Positions 56,843 through 64,000 of a stretch of DNA of 64,000 bases are shown piece after piece; within the stretch, counting starts at the first letter, position 1; each line of letters starts with the position of its first letter. A program made the position numbers and the translations under genes. The notes beneath the pieces are model-generated. The model had not been told where the DNA came from and did no database searches. It saw nothing but the letters and a program-made list of their open reading frames with translations. This stretch comes from an uncultured bacterium (lineage in GTDB: Bacteria > Omnitrophota > Gorgyraeia > Kaelpiales > Kaelpiaceae): positions 13,526-77,525 of the forward strand of contig CBEUCN010000001.1 of the NCBI GenBank assembly GCA_965541635.1, read 5' to 3'.

Positions 56843-59299
56843 TTATATTACAATATTAACGATTTTATTTTTGACCACTATAAACTTCTTTACTGGATTT
56901 TGTCCTATTTTTTCTCTAATTTTTTCGTCTTTAAATATAATTTTTTTCACAATATCATCATCAGCATTATAAGGAACTTTAATTTTTGCCCGCAATTTCC
57001 CATTTATTTGAACTGGCAATTCTATCTCCTCCTGAATTAATGCCCGCTGTTCATATTCTGGCCATGATGCAGTTTCCATCACAGAACCAGTTTTACTGAG
57101 TTTATTCCATAATTCCTCTGCTATGTGAGGAACAAAAGGATAAATGAGCACCACCAGTCTCTCCAAAGTCTCCAAAATAACCTCTTTGCTCACATCTTTA
57201 GTGGTCAAACGCTCATTAAGAAAGTTGCACAATTCCATTATAGAACTAATGGCTGTATTAAACTTAAAGCCCCCTTCCATATCATCAGTCACTTTCTTAA
57301 TTGTATAATTTAATCTCCTGTGCAATTCTTTTTCCATCTTCTCATTTCCGTTCTCAGTGCTATAGGTAAATGCATTGTGATAAATTCTCCACAGTCTATT
57401 AAGAAATCTATATGCTCCTTCTACTCCTCTATCTGACCATTCAGCATCTTTTTCAGGAGGACCAATAAATAAAATATAGAGCCTCATGGTATCAGTTCCA
57501 TATTTCTGAATCAACTCATCAGGAGAGACCACATTGCCTTTAGATTTAGACATTTTGGCTCCATCTTTAATTATCATTCCTTGAGTAAATAAGCGTGCAA
57601 ATGGCTCTTTAAAATTTAATAGTTTAAGGTCATAAAAAACTTTAGTAATAAATCTGGAATACAAAAGATGAAGAATAGCATGTTCTACTCCTCCAATATA
57701 CTGATCAACTGGAAGCCAGTAGTTAACAATTTGAGAATCAAATGCTTTTTTATCATCACCAGGAGTAAGATATCTCAAAAAGTACCAGGAGGAATCAACA
57801 AATGTATCCATAGTATCCACTTCTCTGCGAGCAGAATGTCCACATCGAGGACAGACAGTATTTACAAATTCCTCACAACTCCTTAAAGGTGATTCTCCTG
57901 TAGGTTTGAATTCCACATTTTCAGGTAACATAACCGGTAACTCTTCTTCAGGGACGGGAACTGTGCCACACTCTGGGCAGTAAATTATGGGTATGGGAGC
58001 ACCCCAGTAGCGCTGTCGAGAAATCAACCAATCTCTCAATTTATACTGCACACTTCTTTTCCCAATACCATTTTTTTCCATATAGTCTGCAATTCTCTCC
58101 TTAGCCTCTTCCGAACTTAATCCATTAAACTGACCGGAATTAATCACAATCCCCTCTTGTTCATAAGCCTGTTGCAGATTGTCTTCCTTAAGGCTACCTT
58201 CTGGATTCTGAATAACAATTGTGATGGGAAGATTATACTTTTTGGCAAATTCAAAATCTCTCTGGTCATGAGCAGGAACAGCCATAATTGCTCCACTACC
58301 GTACTCCATCAAAACATAATTAGATGTATAAATCGGTATTTTTTTACCAGTCATAGGATTTATAGCATACTTACCAATAAATACTCCCTCTTTTTCCAGT
58401 TCTCCCAGTTCTCGTTTCCTTCTTCCTATCTTTCGCATTTTTTCTACAAAATCTTTCAACTGTTGAGAAGCCTCACCCTTAGTTATCATCTCTTCTATAT
58501 AGGGATGTTCCGGAGCAAGAACCAGATAAGTGGCACCAAAAATTGTATCCACTCTGGTAGTGAAACATGAAATTATTCTGTCTTCGCCATCTATTGGGAA
58601 ATTAATTTCTACTCCTTGAGATTTCCCAATCCAGTTTCTCTGCATAATCTTTACCTTCTCTGGCCAGTGTTCCAGAAGTTGTAAATCCTCAAGTAATCTT
58701 TCAGCGTAAGCAGTGATTTTGAAAAACCACTGTTCCATCATCCTCTCTTCTACTTCCGTAGAGCATCTTTCACACTTGCCATCGATAACCTGCTCATTTG
58801 CCAGCACAGTCTTACACGAGGGACAAAAATTCACCCCTGCCTTCTTTTTATAAGCAAGTCCATTTTCATAAAGTTTTAAAAATATCCACTGCGTCCATTT
58901 ATAATAATCAGGATTACAAGAAGTAACCTCCTTATCCCAGTCATATCCAATTCCCCAAGAATAAAGTTGCTGTTTGATCCGGGAAATATTCCTGAATGTC
59001 CAGATTTTGGGATGAATACCGTGTTTTATAGCCTGGTTCTCAGCCGGAAGTCCAAAGGCATCCCAGCCCATAGGCGAAAGAACTAAATAACCTCGCAATT
59101 TTTTATAACGAGCAACAGCATCGCCAATAATATAATTACGCGCATGTCCCACATGAAGTTCAGAAGAGGGATAAGGAAACATCACCAGACAGTAATATTT
59201 AGGTTTGGTTCTGTCATTGACATCTACATAAAATAGTCGTTTCTGCTCCCAGTATTTTTGCCATTTGGTCTCAAATTGCTGCGGTTTATATTCTTCCAT
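56843..59299 (-). CDS. leuS: leucyl-tRNA synthetase
   Basis: HVGHARNY (HIGH), KMSKS and a CP1 editing domain; 818 aa. Confidence 0.95.
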   Translation of the reverse strand: MEEYKPQQFETKWQKYWEQKRLFYVDVNDRTKPKYYCLVMFPYPSSELHVGHARNYIIGDAVARYKKLRGYLVLSPMGWDAFGLPAENQAIKHGIHPKIWTFRNISRIKQQLYSWGIGYDWDKEVTSCNPDYYKWTQWIFLKLYENGLAYKKKAGVNFCPSCKTVLANEQVIDGKCERCSTEVEERMMEQWFFKITAYAERLLEDLQLLEHWPEKVKIMQRNWIGKSQGVEINFPIDGEDRIISCFTTRVDTIFGATYLVLAPEHPYIEEMITKGEASQQLKDFVEKMRKIGRRKRELGELEKEGVFIGKYAINPMTGKKIPIYTSNYVLMEYGSGAIMAVPAHDQRDFEFAKKYNLPITIVIQNPEGSLKEDNLQQAYEQEGIVINSGQFNGLSSEEAKERIADYMEKNGIGKRSVQYKLRDWLISRQRYWGAPIPIIYCPECGTVPVPEEELPVMLPENVEFKPTGESPLRSCEEFVNTVCPRCGHSARREVDTMDTFVDSSWYFLRYLTPGDDKKAFDSQIVNYWLPVDQYIGGVEHAILHLLYSRFITKVFYDLKLLNFKEPFARLFTQGMIIKDGAKMSKSKGNVVSPDELIQKYGTDTMRLYILFIGPPEKDAEWSDRGVEGAYRFLNRLWRIYHNAFTYSTENGNEKMEKELHRRLNYTIKKVTDDMEGGFKFNTAISSIMELCNFLNERLTTKDVSKEVILETLERLVVLIYPFVPHIAEELWNKLSKTGSVMETASWPEYEQRALIQEEIELPVQINGKLRAKIKVPYNADDDIVKKIIFKDEKIREKIGQNPVKKFIVVKNKIVNIVI

Positions 59300-60133
59300 T
59301 TATACCTCCCTTCCAGTTATCAGATATTTTACCTTATTTAAATTAACAATGTCATCCTTTTCATTCTTTTTTGGAGTTTCCAAAATTAAAGGAAGATTTC
59401 CTACTACTGGATGGGCAAGAAAATTTCTGAAACCATCTTCTCCAATATATCCCTTACCAATATGATGATGTCTATCTTTTTTAGCCCCAAGGGGATAATA
59501 GGAATCATTGAGATGAATTAACTTCAATCTTTCTCTGCCAATGCTTTCATCTAGACGAGTAAAAATTTCATTCACAATTTCAGAGTCCCTGATATCGTAT
59601 CCTGCTGAAAAAAGATGAGCAGTATCCAGACAAATTCCAATTTTTTTTATTCTGGTTGTTATCCATAATATATCATCTAAAGACGCTCCCAGTTTATTTC
59701 CCTCTCCAGCAGTATTTTCTAAAATAATTTCTACTTCGGCGTGAGTAACTATTTCCTTGAGGGCAGTATAAAACAATTTCAGGCCTGTTTTTTTATCAGG
59801 ATGAGAGCCGAAGTGAATAACATAATAATTAGCCCCCAGTTTACTGGCAATTTTAAGGTCTTGAGTCACTATTCTAATGGAATTGACCCGAATTTTTTTA
59901 CTGGGAGAGCACAGATTTACGATATATCCAGCATGAATAAAATAAGGAAATATACCTCTTGCAGTTATGAATTCTCTCAGAGTTTTAATTTCATTACAAT
60001 CAAACCTCCTCATATTATATCCCCGGGGGTTACGGATAAAACTCTGAAATGTATTAATTTTAAACTTTTCAATATCTTTTATGACATGATTAAGTCCTCT
60101 CGCTATTGAAAGATGAACACCAAGACGAAGCAT
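59300..60133 (-). CDS. nfo: endonuclease IV (AP endonuclease family 2)
   Basis: TIM-barrel AP-endonuclease metal-site pattern (HxxYxxN...HLND). Confidence 0.85.
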   Translation of the reverse strand: MLRLGVHLSIARGLNHVIKDIEKFKINTFQSFIRNPRGYNMRRFDCNEIKTLREFITARGIFPYFIHAGYIVNLCSPSKKIRVNSIRIVTQDLKIASKLGANYYVIHFGSHPDKKTGLKLFYTALKEIVTHAEVEIILENTAGEGNKLGASLDDILWITTRIKKIGICLDTAHLFSAGYDIRDSEIVNEIFTRLDESIGRERLKLIHLNDSYYPLGAKKDRHHHIGKGYIGEDGFRNFLAHPVVGNLPLILETPKKNEKDDIVNLNKVKYLITGREV

Positions 60134-60141
60134 TTACCAAC

Positions 60142-60789
60142 TTAAAAGATATTTAAATCAGGAATACGAAGTTTCTGTCTGATTCCGTATAGAGTCTTAT
60201 TTATTACTATGTGAGTAAATATGGAGATAACTATCTTCCTGGGGTTAGTTACATTGGTAAATTCTCTATCAAGGTTGAGTCGAACCCTTCGGGCTCGTGG
60301 TGGGTTCTGGCTATAATCAATAGAAATTATTTCTCCCAATCTTAGGTGCATTTTCTCTATAAAAATTCCTTTCCTTTTTAATATGCCTTTTCTCCTCTGC
60401 CTTTTCTTCTTTTTTATTTTAGAAATGTTTAACTGCTGCTTTTCGTTTTTGATAACATAAATGGTTCCAACATCAATAAAAAATTTACTGAGATATAATT
60501 TGCCTAACAGCAGTTTTTTAAGATTAATATCCAGCATTAAGGAATTAATTTCTGCAAGTGTTTCTTTTTTGAATCCTTGAGGATTTAAAACTTCAATTCC
60601 AGTAAGATTAATATATCCCTTTTGAAGTTCAGAATCCACCTTAGCAATCTTTATCCTTACATTGGTATTTTTGGAAACAAAATAAGGTAATGCAAATTTT
60701 AATATCTGATCCTGGAGGAAATAAAACAATACCATGAGAATGATTACAATCAGAATAAGTTTTTTAATTAAAGACCTTATCAACCTCAC
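60142..60789 (-). CDS. hypothetical membrane-anchored protein (possibly AsmA/DUF748-like)
   Basis: N-terminal TM helix followed by a Lys/Arg-rich beta-rich region. Its start overlaps the msbA-like stop by 4 nt. Confidence 0.4.
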   Translation of the reverse strand: MRLIRSLIKKLILIVIILMVLFYFLQDQILKFALPYFVSKNTNVRIKIAKVDSELQKGYINLTGIEVLNPQGFKKETLAEINSLMLDINLKKLLLGKLYLSKFFIDVGTIYVIKNEKQQLNISKIKKKKRQRRKGILKRKGIFIEKMHLRLGEIISIDYSQNPPRARRVRLNLDREFTNVTNPRKIVISIFTHIVINKTLYGIRQKLRIPDLNIF

Positions 60790-62591
60790 TTTCCACCTCC
60801 TACATCTTGGAATTGATAGCGATAGTATTTACAATAGAGACCATTCCTGGCTAAAAGCTCCTCATGCCTACCTTCCTCTACAATTTTTCCATCCTCCATT
60901 ACCACAATTCTATCCGCCCGGCGAGCAGTTGATAATCGATGAGCAATTAAAAATACTGTGCGATTTTCAATCAATCTTTGAATTGCTTCCTGAACTTTAA
61001 TTTCAGAATCAGCATCTAACTGTGCTGTGGCTTCATCCAGGATAAGAATGGGAGGATTTTTCAAAACCGCACGAGCAATTGCAATTCTCTGCTTTTCTCC
61101 TCCCGAAAGTTTTACTCCCCGCTCCCCTACAATGGTATTATAACCGGCAGGTAAATTCATAATAAATTCATGAGCATTGGCTATCTTTGCTGCCTGCTCT
61201 ACTTCTTCCTGGGATTTATCCTTCATGCCATAGGCGATATTATTGAAAACGGTATCATTAAAAAGCACAGGTTCCTGAGTTACAAGACCAATATATCTTC
61301 TCAAAGAATCAATCTTTACGTCTCTAATATCAATCCCGTCAATTAAAATTCTGCCTTTAGTAGGATCATAAAATCTCAACAGCAAACTCAAAAGTGTTGT
61401 TTTTCCGGCCCCACTTGGTCCTACCAGACATATAATTTCTCCCATAGTTACCTTCAAGTTGATTCCCTTTAATACAAATTCCTGTTCATATTTAAACCAG
61501 ACATCTTCAAACACTATATCTTGCTTGGGATAAGGGAGCTCAATTGCTGAAGGCTTCTCTTTTACTGTTGGCTCCTTTTCAATTATTTCAAATACCCTTT
61601 CCACAGCCGCCATAGCAACCTGATTAAAATTATATACCTTCAAAAGTCTCTTAACTGGTTTCATCAAAGCCATAAGTGCTCCCAGAAAATAAACAAAAAC
61701 ACCAAACGACATCTTACCTTGAATTACTTCCCTTCCCCCTATAACCAGAACCAGCACCCCTCCTGCTCCGGCAATAAATTCTGTTGCTGGATTTAAAAAC
61801 AATGTCCGGCGCATAGATTTCAATATTAATTTATAGAAATCTCTACTCAAAGCCTTGAAACGCTCAACTTCCTCTTTCTCCATGGAGTAAGCCTTAAGTA
61901 TATTCATAGATATAAAAGCCTCCTGCATTCTGGAATTAAGGTCTGCCATTTTGCTTTGAATCTGTCTGGAAATTTTCCGAAGGCGTTTACCCAGTTTTAA
62001 TAATGGCCAACTAATTCCGGGTAAAAATACCAAAACAAATAATGCCAGTTTAAAATTAATAAAAAGAACTATACCCAGATAGAGTAACAATTGAAAACTA
62101 TAATATACCGAATCAGCAATGCCCTCAGTAAAAGCATGTCTTATAACATAAATATCATAAGTCAACCGGGAAACGAGTTCTCCCACTCTGGTGTTGGAAA
62201 AGAAATCCAAGGACATATGCTGGATTTTTGTAAACAACTGATCCCGGAGGTCTCTTATCACTCTCTGTCCTACCACCTCCATCAGTAACCGCTGAACATA
62301 AAAAGTAAGTCCCTTTATTAAAATAAGAATGAGAACAATTATTGCCACTGCTATAAGCAAAGGTTGAGGCTCCATAGAGTTAACTTTATCTATCAGTTGC
62401 TTGAGAAACTGCGGGAGCCGGCCATTAGGAAATACAATAGGATGATTATTAAGAACTTTATCTGATATTGGAATCAACATTCCCAGAGAAATCCCGTCAG
62501 TGAGAGTAGAGAAGAACATAAAGAATATGGCAGATATTAACAACCACTTATAATTTTTGGCTATCCTGAGGACTTTTTTATATAATTTCAT
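60786..62591 (-). CDS. msbA: ABC transporter permease/ATPase, MsbA-like lipid exporter
   Basis: Six-TM domain plus Walker A GPSGAGKTT, signature LSGGEKQRIAIARA, Walker B ILILDEATA. Confidence 0.8.
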   Translation of the reverse strand: MKLYKKVLRIAKNYKWLLISAIFFMFFSTLTDGISLGMLIPISDKVLNNHPIVFPNGRLPQFLKQLIDKVNSMEPQPLLIAVAIIVLILILIKGLTFYVQRLLMEVVGQRVIRDLRDQLFTKIQHMSLDFFSNTRVGELVSRLTYDIYVIRHAFTEGIADSVYYSFQLLLYLGIVLFINFKLALFVLVFLPGISWPLLKLGKRLRKISRQIQSKMADLNSRMQEAFISMNILKAYSMEKEEVERFKALSRDFYKLILKSMRRTLFLNPATEFIAGAGGVLVLVIGGREVIQGKMSFGVFVYFLGALMALMKPVKRLLKVYNFNQVAMAAVERVFEIIEKEPTVKEKPSAIELPYPKQDIVFEDVWFKYEQEFVLKGINLKVTMGEIICLVGPSGAGKTTLLSLLLRFYDPTKGRILIDGIDIRDVKIDSLRRYIGLVTQEPVLFNDTVFNNIAYGMKDKSQEEVEQAAKIANAHEFIMNLPAGYNTIVGERGVKLSGGEKQRIAIARAVLKNPPILILDEATAQLDADSEIKVQEAIQRLIENRTVFLIAHRLSTARRADRIVVMEDGKIVEEGRHEELLARNGLYCKYYRYQFQDVGGGK

Positions 62592-62598
62592 CTGGAAG

Positions 62599-63843
62599 TT
62601 ATCCTTTAAGTTTCTGATAAAATCTCTCTCTGGTTGCTAAGTTTACTCTTGCCCGCAAATAAAGTCCACCGTTTTTTGAACACAATTCAACAATTTTATC
62701 CTCAGGCAGAAGTTTAACAAGATGAATCTTATCCTTGGGCAAGTATATTTGTAACCAGGACTCATAATCTGCAAGAAATTCCTTAATCCTGTATTGCAAT
62801 TCATCTATCCCCCATCCTTTTAACGCTGATATAAAAATTGCCTGAGGATAGTTATATTTTAAAGATTCGATTCTATGAGCAGGCAACAAATCAATTTTAT
62901 TCACAACTGTAATAACTGGAATCTCTCTGGCTCCAATCTCCTTTAACACATTATATACTGCAGTTTCTCTCTTTTTATACAGAGGATGACTTACATCCAA
63001 AATATGAAGTACCAAATTTGCTGAACAAACTTCCTCCAAAGTGGCTTTAAATGCCTCTATCAAATGATGGGGCAGTTCGTTCAAAAATCCCACAGTATCC
63101 AGAAGCAGAATTTTCTGTCTTCCTGAAAGATAATAAATTCGAGATACAGGATCAAGGGTAGTAAACATGGCATTGGATGAAGGTTGATTGGCAGTAGTTA
63201 ATCTATTCAATAATGTGGTTTTGCCAGCATTAGTATAACCTACAAGAGCAACGACAGGAATCTCATTACTTTGCCTTCTCTTACGCAAGGCGTCTCTTCT
63301 CTTCCTTATCTCCTGCAGTTCCTGTAATAATTTATCAATTCTTTTTCTAATTCTCCTCCTGTCTATCTCCAGTTTTTTCTCTCCTGGTCCTCTGGTTCCA
63401 ATTCCTCCTCCCAGACGAGAAAGCAAAATTCCTTTTCCCTTTAACCTTGGAAGCAAATACTGCAGTTGCGCCAATTCCACCTGAAGTTTCCCTTCCGAAC
63501 CTCGAGCATGATGAGCAAAAACATCTAGTATTAACTGAGTGCGATCAATGGTTTTTATACCAACCTCATCTTCTATATTCAACTGCTGAGCAGGAGAAAG
63601 GTCATGGGAAAATATTATCACCTCACTTTGTGCATTGTGAGCCTTTTCTCTGATTTCCTCTATTTTACCCTTTCCGAGATAATAGCGGGGATTAGGCTGT
63701 TTAAGTTTAACTATCAATTCTCCCACTATCTCACAGCCAGTTGAAGATACTAATTCTCTCATCTCTTCTGCTTTATCCTGAGCAATCCAGATATCTTTTT
63801 TCCTCTCTTCTACAACTGTTACTACAAATGCCTTTTCCTTCAT
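62599..63843 (-). CDS. hflX: GTPase HflX
   Basis: HflX N-terminal domain plus the G domain (GYTNAGKTTLLN, DTVGF, NKID). Confidence 0.9.
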   Translation of the reverse strand: MKEKAFVVTVVEERKKDIWIAQDKAEEMRELVSSTGCEIVGELIVKLKQPNPRYYLGKGKIEEIREKAHNAQSEVIIFSHDLSPAQQLNIEDEVGIKTIDRTQLILDVFAHHARGSEGKLQVELAQLQYLLPRLKGKGILLSRLGGGIGTRGPGEKKLEIDRRRIRKRIDKLLQELQEIRKRRDALRKRRQSNEIPVVALVGYTNAGKTTLLNRLTTANQPSSNAMFTTLDPVSRIYYLSGRQKILLLDTVGFLNELPHHLIEAFKATLEEVCSANLVLHILDVSHPLYKKRETAVYNVLKEIGAREIPVITVVNKIDLLPAHRIESLKYNYPQAIFISALKGWGIDELQYRIKEFLADYESWLQIYLPKDKIHLVKLLPEDKIVELCSKNGGLYLRARVNLATRERFYQKLKG

Positions 63844-64000
63844 GAAATAATTCCCGATTCTTTCATTATATAACTTACCACTTCATTTCCACTCTTAAAA
63901 TTGTCAAGATTTATCCATTTTATCCGCTTATCCCGCCGCAACCAGGAAATTTGTCTTTTGGCGTATCTGCGGGTATTGCGTTTGGTCAACCGAATAGCCT
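63840..64000 (-). CDS. miaA: tRNA dimethylallyltransferase, C-terminal end (5' part lies outside the window)
   Basis: Manual translation gives ...AIRLTKRNTRRYAKRQISWLRRDKRIKW... The TGA stop overlaps the hflX ATG. Confidence 0.65.
   Translation of the reverse strand, partial: AIRLTKRNTRRYAKRQISWLRRDKRIKWINLDNFKSGNEVVSYIMKESGIIS

Noticed and set aside
59295-59305. Looked for a T-box leader upstream of leuS and a preQ1 riboswitch upstream of queF (53185-53190)
   Set aside because: There is zero (leuS/nfo) or 6 nt (queF/GGDEF) of intergenic space, so no room for a riboswitch. None called.
63840-63843. Expected hfq between miaA and hflX
   Set aside because: miaA stop and hflX start overlap (ATGA), so hfq is not at this locus. 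Its absence here is not evidence that the genome lacks hfq, so this was not raised as a finding.
1-64000. CRISPR arrays, IS elements, prophage genes, rRNA
   Set aside because: No regularly spaced direct repeats with unique spacers. No transposase, integrase, terminase or capsid-like ORFs. No rRNA-like conserved stretches. The only repeat array (19627-19698) is contiguous with no spacers.

Overview
This is an AT-rich (roughly 35% GC by eye) bacterial chromosomal segment in which essentially every credible gene (about 70) lies on the minus strand. Genes are tightly packed, often overlapping, in long co-directional arrays. From low to high coordinates:

(1) A PyrR-regulated pyrimidine operon, pyrR-pyrB-pyrC-carA-carB-pyrK-pyrD-pyrF. 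Four non-pyr genes are embedded in it: an exported LolA-fold protein, a Mut7-C/PIN-like RNase, an EndoQ-like PHP nuclease and mutM. A promoter, a PyrR-binding loop and a terminator hairpin are readable upstream.

(2) An orphan NfnA/PyrK-like flavoprotein and an AddA/AddB-type helicase-nuclease pair. The pair is preceded by a 16-bp periodic tandem repeat.

(3) A nucleoside-salvage and GTPase block: nupC, a Zn-ribbon-containing SDR epimerase, a DRG-like TGS GTPase, a LOG-family protein, era, a CsaA-like tRNA-binding protein, a TudS/DUF523 protein, a PilZ protein and tRNA-Arg(CCG).

(4) A priA-def-fmt-...-sun operon. Three extra genes are inserted between fmt and sun, and the sun-like methyltransferase is split by a frameshift.

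(5) An LPS/glycolipid sugar cluster: UDG family 4, gmhB, rmlD, an RmlC-like cupin, ugd, an lpxL-like acyltransferase and a UgtP-like transferase.

(6) A Wood-Ljungdahl corrinoid/methyl-branch module: acsE, acsD, cooC, RACo and acsC, with a free lipoyl-domain protein, Lrp, Rex and ApbE. No acsA or acsB lies in this window.

(7) queF, a GGDEF protein, tatAC, comEC/comEA, leuS, nfo, an msbA-like ABC exporter, hflX and the 3' end of miaA.

No CRISPR array, transposase, integrase or rRNA was seen. The most unusual features are the nuclease genes wired into the pyr operon, the repeat array upstream of addA, and the insertion in the def-fmt-sun operon.
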